Shown: one piece after another, positions 49,506 through 62,226 of the stretch
Position numbering within the stretch: position 1 is the stretch's first letter
Layout of the letters: each line of letters begins with the position of its first letter
Assembly: GCA_964036045.1 (NCBI GenBank)
Contig: OZ038378.1
Location: 18,104,001-18,168,000, forward strand
DNA: 64,000 nucleotides
Reading direction: 5' to 3'
From: Eutreptiella sp. 'Long Island Sound 2002'
Taxonomy: Eukaryota > Protista > Euglenida
Translations under genes and position numbers: made by a program
Notes under the pieces: model-generated
The model's database searches: none
What the model was told of the DNA's origin: nothing
What the model saw: only the letters and a program-made list of their open reading frames with translations

Positions 49506-52500
49506 CAGCTGGTAACTCATGTGCAACAGAGCATTCTTAGCCTGACGTGACTTCTCAAAAAACTGCAAATCCAGCGCAAATCCAGCTTAGCATTTTTGAA
49601 ATCCAGCGTAATCCAGCGTAATCCAGCGTCAACTGCCCAAAAATCCACCGCAAAGTAGACAGCTGTTAGAGTAGATAAAGTAGACACCTAGGGTCATGTT
49701 ACATGACCCTAGGTGCCTTTCGCAAAAGGTCTGTTGGAAAAGAGTGCAAGATGACCTTTTGCATGGGAGAGGAGGCAACATCGTAGTCATCAGCAGAAGG
49801 GTATACTACAGTATACAAAGACACAGTAAATTATATCAAACAGCAACATGGAGCACACATGAAGGTCGTGGATGCCAGAATGCAGGTCACCCCTCCCCCT
49901 CCCCCACCGAATGGTGGGAGGCAATCCTTTGTAAAACAATCCAATCATAATTCCAGTCTGTGCACCATTCGCTGTGAAACCCAGAATGCGAGACATGAAA
50001 TGTATTTATGCCCGTCCCAATGGGCAGAACACCGGAGCCAAATACATATCCCCCCCCCCCCCCGGAGACTGACTGTCACTTGCCCCCCCTCCAAGGAGAC
50101 CGTTGCACGCTACGAGGGGAGATTTCAAACGGGCCTACTGTAGCTTACACAAGGCTGTAGCTTGCGCGTACCACATAAAACTACCGACATGGTGAGCTGC
50201 TGCAAGAAAGGGGAACATGATGGACAAATACCCCCAAAATCAGAGCTATGTGGGTTCAAGTGGGCAAACACTTGCAAAAAATGTGTCCATGACTCGATGT
50301 AACTGGCAAAATTTTCACTGCAACCATGTCTTATACAGCTGCACTACATTTGGTACAGAATGAAATCAGGTCCCAAAATAATAGTAATACTATGGTCCCT
50401 GAACCCCCTGTAGCTTAGACAAGACTGTAGCTAAAGCCATAAATCGACCATGGGCGTCACCGGCAGGAAATCACAGTTCAAATTGTCTCATGTCTCACGC
50501 GGAGAAGCCGCAACACACACTGTCCAGGGTATCCAACATGGCGCCGTCAGGCGCCACCAAAGTTCATGCAGACTTGCACACAGGTCAGACCCAGAGGCGC
50601 CGCCACGGCTGGTCACAGACACGGCGCCAGAGGCGCCGCCATGGCTGGCCAAGACTGTAGCTAAGACAAGAGGAGGGGGGGGGCGAGTCCGACAAGGTCT
50701 CTGGCCCAGTCATTTATTCTTTTTTTCCAATGTCAGGAAAGGTTTGCCGCGGCCGGAGATGCACTTGTCTTTTATGGGAGTGTAGCACAATGTGCTGTTT
50801 TTCAATGCAAATGGGTAGACCTATGCCAGGAGCTTTGGTTAAAGAGGGGGTGATAAGGTGGAGAGATTTGGTTACCTACGGACATACACCCAGAGACATT
50901 TGGTGGAAGCTGCTCCCCACCGTTTGTGGGTCCATATGTGGAGGCGGTGCACCCCCCCACTGAGTGGTGCAAAAAATAGATCCATCCCTGGCTCCTTTTC
51001 ACATACACTTACTGCTTGTGTAACACATTGCAGGAACACACACTCTCCATAGATGTAATCATGAGTCTCAACCAACCCACGCATCGTGCGCAGCGGGCTG
51101 TGAGTCATTCGCTGCAGGCGTGATGCTGCCTGCAATCTACCCCATAAAGCCCTCCCCATGAAGTCAGCACATTGGCACATCCAATCTATTGAATCTGCAC
51201 GACACCTGCGGTGATTGTTTGGCCTGCTGCCCCTTACCCCTTCCAATGGCCACTAACATCCATTGCCTTGCCCAACTCTCCACCCACCCCTGTAGGTTTA
51301 CTAGAGGCCCTCAGGAACCGCATGCAACAACATGATCAATGGGCATAGTGGGAAATTCACAGGCCCAAAAACATTGTTGCACCACATATGGTCTCACGGG
51401 TGCATTGTACATCAGTGTGAGCGTTACCAATGACCACAGTAATGACAGTGGCACTACTAATGGCAGTGGCAGCGGGATTGACAGTGACGAGTCTGCCAGA
51501 AAAAACTGGTTTCTATCACCAATTCTGCATGGCAACCCCTTCAGCTTGTGTTTCTGTGTGCACTGTTTGCCACACCAAAAATGGTATGCCCCTGTGGGTG
51601 GTTGCATTAGGTTCTTGCATGTTATTGTTTTGACATTAAATAACAATAACATAACAATTAGTAGAAATGTATATGTGCAGTGGTTGCGCTTGTGCGGCGC
51701 CCTGCATCCCCGCTTACTGTGTTTCTGTGCATCCTGTGTGAGTGCCCACCAGAAGGGAGAGCCCACGGTGCTGCCAGAAGAAGGTCTTGTGCTGCATGTA
51801 AAAAAGAGGGGGGAAAAAAGAGGACACGTCTGTCGTGATGTAGCCCGGGGGGGGGGGGGGGTAGTGGTGTAGCACAAGCGGATACTGGCGGTTGGAAAAG
51901 CGGTTGGGAGGGATTTTCAGGTGGGTGCAGACCGGTTGAAGGGCCCTTTGCGGGCAGATAGAAGCGGTTGGCAGCCCTGACCCTCACCTCACGGAGGGCA
52001 CGGATGCGGGGTACCCCTCTTTCCCCCACCCATTGAGCACAATGACTGGGTTCCATCCCCCTCTGGCCTGAATGGAGAGCATGCTGCAACTTGACACCAG
52101 TGATGGTGTGCTGGTCGGGAAGAGAGTCGCTTCCCACGGGGGGGGGGGGCACCCATCTCTCCTTGGTGCCCATAGCTGGACTGTTGCCCAACTCTGGCAT
52201 CACGCAGCGCGCACCCTAGTCCGCAGCGCAGTGCCGTCACTGAGCGTCCATGCACTGGAAGATCGTGTCCAACAGGACCGGGGCACGTTAGCAATGGTGC
52301 CCTGACCCCCCAACAGGGATGGTGAGCCATGGCCTGATTTTGGCACACGAGAAGAGGCTGTCGGCCGCCATTAGAGCCCAGGGGGGGGGGGGGGGGGTGG
52401 TGACCCCCCAAACCCCCCAAACAGGGGTCGGGACCTGGCTGGCAACCGCCCCTGTGCTACCTAATCCTTGCCGTCTCAGGAGTGCCCAAAGCGGGGACAA

Positions 52501-52770
52501 CTCAAAATTCATACACAGCCCATTCCATATTGGGGACAGGCAACAAGTGCGCCATTTGTGGGGGGAAGAGGCCCAAAGAGGTAAAATTAGTTTCAAAAAT
52601 GGGGGGAAAAAGGTGTATAGGGGTATACGTTACATAAAAAACGCATGTGTGTATGTACCACTATATTGCCTCTGCTCTACCCAAATTGCGCGCTGTGGGA
52701 TAAGCACGCCCAGAGCCTCAACTGTCGTATCCTTATGGACCAGTGCAAACCCGCCCGGAACACTCCACAC

Positions 52771-52963
52771 GAGACACTAAGGCGGCTCCGGCCCAGAGTC
52801 CACTGATGGTGTGGCTGATGATGTGGCACCCGAAGGCTCTGCTAGAGGCACCTACAGCCCGGAATCCAGGGACAGTGACTGTGTGGCCAACGACGTGCTG
52901 CCTGACTGGGTGACTCGGCGCATGAAGAACGAACTGGGGTGTGCAGAGCGAAAACACAACTCC
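52771..52963. repeat. Dispersed repeat; the second copy is at 62306-62499
   Basis: About 190 bp at roughly 90% identity. The second copy abuts a hAT dimerisation-domain remnant. Confidence 0.9.
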
Positions 52964-54944
52964 CAAACCGCACTCTCACTAGACTCAGGGTGCTTGACCC
53001 GAAGTAAAGCCTGATCAGCAGGAGACGAGGAATCCCAGGGGACCACAGAGGGACCTTTTTGTGGGCAGTAAAAACACTTCATGGTGTCAATCTGAGCAAT
53101 GTACATAAAAAAACATGAAACAACCCAACGACCCAAATGAAATGGTCCACATCTCAGACCACCCTACCTCTTTTTCTTATCAGATGCCCCGGAAACCCAA
53201 ACAACGTGGCAGAACAAATTGGCAAAATCCAGAAACCCAACAAATCGGCAGAACAAATCGGAGAAGTCAGCGAAAATCGGCTGCCGTTTTTTTTTGGCGG
53301 GGGGGGGGGGGGGTTGATCCAATGCACTGACCATAACCATATGCAAATCTTTCTTGGAAACTCTCTCAAACACCCCCTGCCTGCCTCAGTTTTCATCCTA
53401 CAAGCCTCAATCAAAAGTAATCTGGCGTGCACCTCAATTCGTCCAACATGCACCCCATGAATTGGGGGGGAATTTTCAATTTTCACTGAATCAAGCCAAT
53501 GAATCAGGTGGCACAATTTGTGAAAAACGTATGGGCGCCACAGAGAACACATTTCATCCATTTGTGCTCTGTGACACCTTCCCGATCCGGCACAGGCGTT
53601 GCAGAAACTCCGGACAGAAATGCGCACCGCCCTTTTGCCCCGCCAGAAGTACATTTGCAGCGACACCACAGTGTTCGCTGACATACATCACCACTCCATG
53701 GCTCTGTCCCCACGGTGTGTGTGCTTGTGTGTGTGCGTGTGTATGTGCTCGAGTGCAGGGCACGCATGTGCGCGTGCGCCCTTGCGTGCATGCGGCGCTG
53801 CTGGTAGGCAGTGTCGATCCGCTGAGTGGACCACACAAGCATCCAGTGTCCTTCCTGAGAAGTGGTGAAGCCTTCTGCCCAAAGACGGCGTGATCAGGGG
53901 GTATCTCCCCCTCCCACAGCCAGGCATGACCATCAAGGGCGCCTTGATGCAGTGTGGAGGCAGGTGTGGGGGGCCTGCGGAGTGGATGGAAGACGGGACA
54001 GGCCTCGCAGCATGTCCTACGGCACCGGCAGCACCAGTGCCTCGGGCACCTCAAGCGGCGGCAGCTCCTGCGCGCCCGAGGCACCCGGGACCTCCGCAGA
54101 ACGCAGCAGCCGCGGCAGCAGCGAAAGGCACAACTCCACTCCGTCACACTGACGAACTCCAAACCCCCTGTGTGACATTCCGTCCGGTTGTTGTTTCTTT
54201 ACGGGGCCCTGGACAGTCACCCGTTCTTCCCTTCGCATGTTGCGTCGGGTCGCTGCTTTCTGTCGGCCGCTGCGGCCGGCGCTCTTGTTGGTGTCGTTTC
54301 CGCGTTCGCGGAGCCCAGTAGTTGCCCCCCCCCCCCCCCCCCCCAGGCCAACAAGGTTCTGTCCGCCCCCCATGTGCCCGCAGGACGCAGCAGCCGCAAG
54401 CCAACACGGTCCACCGCCGTGCCCCAATCCCCCCGTCGGGGGGCAGGCGGTTCGACCTGCTTGTCGGCGCTTAGCACGTTCCCGTGCGGCGCTTCTTGGG
54501 GACCGGACGGTTGTTGCGTGCGGCCGGAGGAATGGGATTGGGGCAAGCGCTGATGGGGCGTTTGCCACGGCAAAACGGTGAAAGTGTTCGCTGGGGGGCC
54601 AACGCGTCGTTGAAGTCCCAGTGACAAAAGGGTCCCAGAGGGCCGGAGGGGGTGGGGGGGGGGGGGGGGGCGGTGATGAAACCGGGGCTGGGGACCTGCT
54701 TTGGGTGACCAAGGGCAGTCACAAAGGGCAGTGCACAGGTGTGGGCCGTGTGGGTGACGTCTACTCTCACGCACGAAACCCCCGCCGAACACACACTCTT
54801 ACCCTCGACCAACACGCAGGGCATACAAATGAGGTGACGTGAGGTGAGCTTTCGATCTCCGGACGCCAGCGTAAACTTCCGCTTTATCCCTCGTGGCGAT
54901 CCTTGTGGATCGCGGGGGCATTAGTGCCTAGGACAGCCGTGCGC

Positions 54945-55016
54945 TCCTGCTTCCAGGATTCGAACCGGGTCCCTCTAATTCAGGCGTCAGGTGCATGAGG
55001 GCTCAACCACGCCACC
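54945..55016 (-). mobile_element. tRNA-like Pol III (SINE) head
   Basis: TGGCGTGGTTGAG ... CCCGGTTCGAATCCTGG (T-arm with a canonical B box); acceptor stem not recoverable. Confidence 0.5.
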
Positions 55017-55081
55017 TTTCTTTTAGGTCACACACAGGACATGAGGCTGGAGGGACCGGGGGGGCGGACTGGCAGCATTGC

Positions 55082-55567
55082 TTATTCTGACCCCTGCGCC
55101 GAAATAGCTGGGGGCTGGTGCGGCAGCAAGTTGGGGAGGGAGGCACACATCCCATCAGATTCTACGTCTGTCATATTCGCCTGCCCAGGCACTGATACCG
55201 TCTCCACGGACGCGGAGCAGGTCGGGACGTAGTGGAGCTCCCAGGCAGAATTGAAATGCACTCCCGAGGGTCCCGAGGGGGCCAGAGCTGCTGCCGGCTG
55301 CTGCTGCCGCTCCTGCTGCGCCTGCAGGAACTCCTCGTACTCGTGCATCAACTGGCTGACCATGTCGCGGAGCCGCAGCTCCTTCCCAACGTGCCAGTGC
55401 GCACCGGCCTTGCGGGACGCCGCACGGTCTGCGTCATTGGAGTCGCCGGAGCGGATGCAGGCGAAGCCAGTGTAGCCCGCCGCCAGCAGCTGGGTGATGA
55501 TTTCGGTGCCCAGAAGCTCCGTCCCCGCAATGTCCACATTCTGGTCCAGCACCAGGATATCACCCTC
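55082..55567 (-). CDS. Exon with the C-terminal half of a response-regulator receiver domain (hybrid histidine kinase-like gene)
   Basis: Acceptor ttttcttgttcag, phase 0. Encodes EGDILVLDQN (phosphoacceptor D), CIRSG (S/T) and HVGKE (K). The 3' end of the exon is uncertain. Confidence 0.8.
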   Translation of the reverse strand, partial: EGDILVLDQNVDIAGTELLGTEIITQLLAAGYTGFACIRSGDSNDADRAASRKAGAHWHVGKELRLRDMVSQLMHEYEEFLQAQQERQQQPAAALAPSGPSGVHFNSAWELHYVPTCSASVETVSVPGQANMTDVESDGMCASLPNLLPHQPPAISAQGSE

Positions 55568-56264
55568 CTGAACAAGAAAAGGGACACCCCATCATGTAAG
55601 CCGCAGTGTGCACCTTCATGGTGAGGGGGACAGTAACTCTTGCTTTGTGGATCCGCAAACACGTGTGCACACATGCGCGCTGTGTCACCGTGGGGCTCCT
55701 GCTTCTGTTGCAGGTGGTTGACTACTGGGGCATGTTTACACAGTGGTTTGCCGTCATCCCATCCCTGAATAGCTCTGGGGGATGGTGAGGCAGGTAACGC
55801 TGGGAGATGGTGAGGCAGCGGGTTGTTCTGTGGGTTGCCAGTTTGGAGGGGTGTGCGTCTGACAGGGCACTGCCTGAAAATGCATGTAAAACACAGGAGG
55901 TACAGTATGTTAATTCAGCATGTCAGTTCTGTAGTAAATGATAGTTGGTTTGCAATGGTGAGGCGGGGGCAGGGGGGCTCAGTGACACCCTTCCCAAGTC
56001 AGTCTGCTGACTGGTTGTTATCTTGTGCATACATGGAATGGATGCCCTGCACTGCTTTGCTTCTCAGGTGCTTGGGTTGGATGTTTCAACAGCGGCTGAC
56101 ATGCTGCAGTGAGATGTTTGTGCTTGCTTATCATGCCATGCCACCTCTTTCCTACTCCTTTGACAAAGGTCCTTATGAAGGCTGGAATCCATGAAGGCTG
56201 TTGTACATGATGTTCCCTTCCCCACTCGCTTGGACCCAAAATTCAACCTTGATTAGGGGGCAAG

Positions 56265-59200
56265 GGGGGAGGTACGCGCACCGCGTGCACCGCGCATCGC
56301 ACCGCGTGCGTTCTTTTCATCATAGTCTCGAAATTTTTCAGTGATTTTTCAGGTTGTCAAGGACGCGGTGGCCTAAGGGGTAAGCATACAACAACGGAGG
56401 CCTCCACTCCATCCTCCTCACCAATTGCATGGTGGTTGTAGCCGCCCACACCCCCTGACGGAGGGGCCCCTTGGTTGATGATGAAAGGAGAAGGATCCGC
56501 TCTCTAGCACGGCCCAACACCAAAGAGCGGGGCAAACATGCAGCCACTTTGCAATGCTTGCCAAGCACCTCACGGGCTGCCCAAACCCGCAAAGTACTTC
56601 GTTTCGACCGTTTCGCGTTTTGATTCACCACTCAATGGGGTGCCCAATCCCATTGGGTAGTCGTTTCGTCCGTTTCGCGTTTCGCTTGGCTACCTTGTGG
56701 ATTGCCCCATTCCACAAGGTAGTTGCATCACTTCATTTGTCTACTCCTCGTTCTCCTCGGCGCTTGTAAGGGATGACCCTGATGAGGTGGATGATGTATC
56801 GGAGTCGGAAGAGGATGAATCCGAGTCCGTGTGCCGCCGTGTGGCCTTTGGTTGGCCGAAGATGGCGTCGGGAAAGTGTTCCCACAGTCCGTGCGGCTCG
56901 TAGCGGACGTTCCTGGCGTTCAGAAATTGTTGCCGTTGGGCCGTAAGGCCCGCCGTTCGCTGTCCGGCCGCGGGGGAGGGGCTCCGCGGCCGCCTGCGAC
57001 GCTCAGCTGTAAAGCTGACCCCGATGATTATGTTGGCGGATTGGCCCTGCCGTAATGATGGCAACGGACGAGGTTTCGGACGAACCGAAGGCATATTTGT
57101 GGATGGCAGGACAGGCCCTACAAGGTTGTATAGGGGACTTTTTTTTTACTGGCCAGAATCCGGATTTCTGGTCAAAAATCGGCGCGCACGCGTGACCAAT
57201 GGCTGTCGCCGACATTTCTCCTGGTGAACTCAGCACCTAGCTAGAGTTGACGAAAATTCGATTTAAGACCATGAATGTGAAGGGTTTTGAAGCCCGAATA
57301 GTGCTGTAAAATCGGATTTTCGCAAAACTGCACGAATCACTGTTTCGGAACACCGATCGTCGATTTCCGCCAGCAGCGTGTTCGACGCCGAGGTTTTGAC
57401 TAGATATTCGTGTTCAGCGTCAAAAACTACCCAGATTTGGCTTTCGGTTTATCAAAATTCGAGCCGGTAGGCCAAAGATATGATTTTTTTAGGTTTTATA
57501 CAGTAGGCTCAGTTTGGCCATTTTGGCCTGTTTCGTAGGCCTATTGTAGCGAAACCACGAGGGTCTAGCAACGACCCAAGTGACAATCCAAGTTCATTTG
57601 CACCCAAATGATGTGAAAATCCCCAAGGTTGACCACTCCAGCCTCCTCTTGATGCCTAGAAAGAGGGTACAAACGGTAGAAAAAACAGTACTTAGAGAAG
57701 GTTGCTGTCTCCATTGTACAGCCTTGTCAAAGCGCTATATCCCGGCCTAGGGATTGAACCTTTGTGCAAACTAGTCCCGTATGGGTCCGATGGAACGGGT
57801 ATAAGCAATGTTACGTCCCTATGGCCTCTATAGAGAGCACATGGGGGCGAAAACTCAAAGATATGTGCTTTTGAAGCTGTGTTTTTGGGTGCTGTCACAA
57901 CACCAGCCTACCAAAATCATGGGTCTCCCCCCCGGTGTTCCGGTTGCATGCCCATGCTTTTGTGCGACTTCAACCAAGCATATTTGAGTAGTTTGGTCCT
58001 AGAGGGAGGGGAATGGCCACTAGTTTGCCAGGTGTACCCCCAAAGACCCCTAGATATAGAAGCCGGGGGTTTGGCATTTTGGTCAAAAATGGACATTTTC
58101 GGTTTGTGGGTCCATTTGTCGGAGGTCGTTCTCCAACATACCGTGGAGTTAGAACAAAGTGTTGGGCTCGTTTGAAAGCCGAGAACATGTTCTAAAAGGA
58201 TAACACGACCCGCCACAGGCCGTCACATACCCATTTCACGCAAAAATTGCATCTTTGGTGGTCATTTTTGACAAAAATCAGTTGTATCTTGTGCGTACCC
58301 TGCCACGGCAAAATGTGTACCTGTCGGCACGTAGTCAAGTAGGAAGCACATATGTTACCAAGCCCTCAATCAAGCATAATGGAGTTATTTGGATCTAGAA
58401 GAATGCAAAAGGTCAATTGTTTGCCCATTGAAGCCCCGTTGGCCCGGATTTATAAGCGTTGGGGGTTTTGCATTTTTGTCAAAAGTAGCAATTTACAGTT
58501 TATGCTTCCATTTGTCGGACTTCTTTCTCGAACATATTGTTGAGTTGGAACGAACCGTTTGGCTCGTTTGAAAGGTGAAGACATATCGTAATAGAATTCG
58601 AGAAATGACCATAGTGTAGCTTCTGACCATTTTCCGCAAAAATCAGGTTTTTAGTCATGATTTTCGGTCAAAATCAGCGCAATGAAATGTGTACTTGTTG
58701 GTACGTACCAAAATTTCTGATACTTTCGGCTTTCTAGGCTTGGGAAGGAGGAGCATAGCGAGTCCTTCCCAAGCCTAGTCACAAAGCTAATGCCATGGAT
58801 TCTTTCTTTTTTTTTTTATGTCTTTCTAACTGCATTTGCATTTGCATTGCATTGCATACCCATTCTGCAAATGGGTAAATTTTTGCTGCAATGCATATTA
58901 TGCTTAGGTTGTATTGTTCTCATGATGGATCGCAGAAACACAGGAACTATTGTTTTGGGCGCGTGTAGTAGCATGTGGTGATGATAGTTGCTCTTTTTTA
59001 TTTTCGTCACTTTCTTTTTCGGCTGAATAATATAATGTGTACGAAAATCAGTGTATGGACCAACAGTGTGATGTAACACAATCTGTATCACAATGAACAA
59101 GAGCTATGAAGTATGCATTCTTTGGTCTATTTTGATTATTATTTTGACTGAAAAAATAAGCCATAATTATGCAATTCAACTATATCCATGCCCCTCCCAT

Positions 59201-59760
59201 TAAAAACACACACAAAAAAACCTTGGTATGTAACATGGGCATGTGACATGGAAGTGACTAACAGACTAACACTGTCGCGCCCGGTCTTGTCGCGGGTGGG
59301 CGGGCCGGGCTTCCCACAGCGCTTGTTGGATGTGCACAACCGCACGCACCATCCAATGCAATTTCTGGATCCAGTCCGGAAGGCAATGTCCATATTTCCG
59401 GTACGTGTCACGGCACACGCCCCATGCATGCAACTGCGTCAAGACATGCTCCGAATGGGCACGCACGAAACTATGCCCATCATTTGCCTTCGTTTTCCAC
59501 TTGGGCATCTCCTTCTTCGGGGGCTTCGGAAAAGGGGTGACGGACCCGAGGCGGCCACCAAACCCGTGGCTATTGTCCACCATCGCGACAGCCATCGCAA
59601 CTTGGCTTGGCGCCCTATCCCGCAGCCACGGCAGACGGGCTCACAAAGCACAAAGCACAAGGGGGAATTATGGAAAAGAGTCAGCCGCACTACCCAAAAG
59701 ACCGCGCACCGCGTGCGCACCGCGCATCGCACCGCGTGCACCGCGTGCCGTACCTCCCCC
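56265..59760. mobile_element. 3.5-kb non-autonomous DNA transposon-like element
   Basis: AAG|GGGGGAGGTACG ... CGTACCTCCCCC|AAG (12-bp TIR, 3-bp TSD); GCACCGCG subterminal repeats at both ends; internal diverged duplication at about 58060 and 58455. Confidence 0.65.
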
Positions 59761-60071
59761 AAGGGCTAGCTTGCATAACGAAATAAATAATGGGAAGCCA
59801 TTGGGGGTGGGCAGATCACACCGGCCCTAACTGAGGGGTTGCTATCCCCAAGGGAGAACCTCCCTCCCTGGATCTCAAATTGAGGATTTCTGAATTGGGG
59901 ATTTGGAGGACACAAGTCCCCAATTTGGGAAATGGGGATGGGGGGTGTCCAGATCTGGAGTACATACCAACGTTCCAAAAATGCAGCCAGTTGAAAACGG
60001 TGGAGCTCCCCGCTTATGGATCCAGCAGACTTTGGGGTACATACACCTCACACATTGAGAAGATGGGAATG

Positions 60072-60103
<32 letters not shown>

Positions 60104-60120
60104 CACACAAACACACACAC
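60072..60120. repeat. (CA)n microsatellite (others at about 28228-28246 and 46545-46567)
   Basis: Visible CA runs. Confidence 0.9.
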
Positions 60121-61661
60121 AGAACATGTATGTCTGCAAAAGGTGGGAAGAAAATTGCTCCGCGCAGGGGTTTGGGGGTGGGTGAGGGCATGAAATCCAA
60201 TTTCCTGGACGCCCCCCCCTTCCCCTCCTTGGCAGCCGACCCTTTCCCATCCCCCAATAGGCCTCAGGTGACTGGGGGGGGGGGGAGTCTGGGATACACC
60301 AACATGTATGACTCAAAACGAGTCATATAAGAAACTAATCATTTTTGGTCATATATCATGGGCAAGGCTTTTTTTGCTATGGGGAGGGGGCCGGGGGGGG
60401 GGGGGGACCCACCCACCCACTCACCCACCTATTGGCCTACCCTCCCCCCCCGGGGGGGGGAGTCAACCATGGGGTCAACGAAGACACCCACACACCCAAC
60501 CGACCCTAGCATTTGTAGGGTCCCCGTAGTGGGGAGAAATCAATACGCCTGCATAATTGACCAAAGTCAGCCTCTAAAACGATGCACTACATTGCCCTCC
60601 TTAAGGGCCCCCAAAACATATGTCCCATGTTTTTCGAGCTCTTTTGACCTCACTTTTAAGTGAGAAATGCCACCTTTGCTTCCTTTTGGGATTTCGAGCT
60701 TAATTTGGTGGCTTATTGGGGGCCACATGTTTTGTTGAGCCAAAGAAAAAACCCAGCCCGCTCATGGGATACCCCAAGGAGGGGGAGGGGCCGATTCTCA
60801 AGAACCCACCAACCCACTCCAAAAACCCACCCCCCCCCCCCCCCCAATAGGGTATCTGCAGCACTTAAAAAAAAACCTTGATTATGAGGAGAAATTGAAA
60901 AAATTTTCCATCCAGACCACTCCGTAGCCCATGTTTCATACCATTTTATAACGGCCCATCACAAAAGCCCATTTCTCCAACCACCCATACCTGTGAGTGC
61001 CCCCCCCCCTTGCGCAGCAATTTTCAAATCGCCCCATGCCCCAACCTTGTTCCCCACACATGGGTGTACTTGCAATGATCACCAAATGGCCCAGCATCCA
61101 TGGGTCGAGCACGGGCTCAGCAATGACAAAATCATGTGACTTAGATGCCAATTTTTTTAAAGTTAGGTTACGTTGTATTTCCGGGTTCAGTTCCTAGGAT
61201 GTTCGGGACACAAGACCCCAACTTGGGAACCAGGTGAGGGGGCTTGCATTGCAGTCACAAATCCCCAACTTGGGAACCTATTGGGCGCTATTACATACCA
61301 GTTCCCCCAAGACGGCATGCCACTGGTCACAGTCCACGAGGATCTCAAGTCCACGAGGATCTCAGTTGCATGCCCCGCAATGACCTTCCTTTTGGTTGTT
61401 GCACACTTGAAATCGCTCGGGAATGCATTCTATCTCAGAATTTGTGAAAAAAATTGTCATCAGTGGGTATAGAAGAAGGGTGACAGTTTGTCTCATCCCA
61501 ACCGCATTTGCATACCCCAAAACCAGTTCCTGAATTGAGGGCGTCTGTCTCCTGGGAGAACCCCTCGGTCCCCACATGGGTCCCTGCTCGGTGGTCAATG
61601 CCGGCCAATTTGGGAATCTGCTGTCCCCAATTTGGTAGTTGAGCAGGCATATGTCAGAAAT

Positions 61662-61722
61662 GGGACTACTCTAGTGGGTAAGCATCCTGACCCCAGATTC
61701 AGGGTCCTGGGTTCAAAACTGG
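61662..61722 (+). mobile_element. tRNA-like Pol III (SINE) head
   Basis: CTCTAGTGGGTAAG ... AGGGTCCTGGGTTCAAAAC; shares AGGGTCCTGGGTTC with the copy at 48862. Confidence 0.45.
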
Positions 61723-61950
61723 TACTGGTATTGTTATGACCTGCCATGAATAACTTCAACTCATCGAAAAAATGTTCTTTTTTCATTCATTAGGCCTAGC
61801 ACACCAGCATGAGGACAATCGCATACACAACACATGGATGGACGGTGATGGAAATAAACATTGTGACCTGTAGGCACTGCAAACCACAAACCAGGTCTGA
61901 GCAGAATAGTGTGCTGAACAGCTGATGACAGACCCCTTCACCTTTTTCCT

Positions 61951-62226
61951 CTACTCCCTTGCCCATTGAGGGATGCATTCACTGACATCCCCATTGACCA
62001 TGCAGAGAAGGTAGCCAATCTGGGTTTCTGGATCCATGTACTGCCGATCTGGCTCCAGAAAACCCTTCAAAATGCTGAACGAACCCTCGGCTACAGTGGT
62101 TGTGACAGGGAAAGGAATGATTGCGTGCTGCCCCAAAACCTGCAGACCTGTGAACTCAGCCGCATTAACCCAACACTTCAACATCTCAAACCTATCCACA
62201 ACAGGCATCTCCTGCTTCCAGTACAA
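61951..62226 (-). pseudogene. hAT transposase C-terminal dimerisation domain remnant
   Basis: W..AAEFTGLQVLGQHAIIPFPVTTTVAEGSFSILK...DRQYMDPET...YLLCMVN fits W..FP.L..LA...L.IP.T.A..ERSFS.LK....R..M. Confidence 0.7.

Larger units (their letters stand above)
48500..49630. repeat. Segment with clustered AATCCAGCG and CTGCGGCATG short tandem repeats
   Basis: AATCCAGCG clusters at about 48507-48549 and 49568-49629; (CTGCGGCATG)2 at about 48682, 49020 and 49086. Confidence 0.8.

Noticed and set aside
54000-54150. Further exon of the kinase gene (CDGVELCLSLL...PVP*)
   Set aside because: GC-rich and open, but no matching donor or recognisable motif; cannot be supported.
54945-55016. Functional tRNA gene
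   Set aside because: No acceptor or anticodon stem, and the T-stem has a mismatch.
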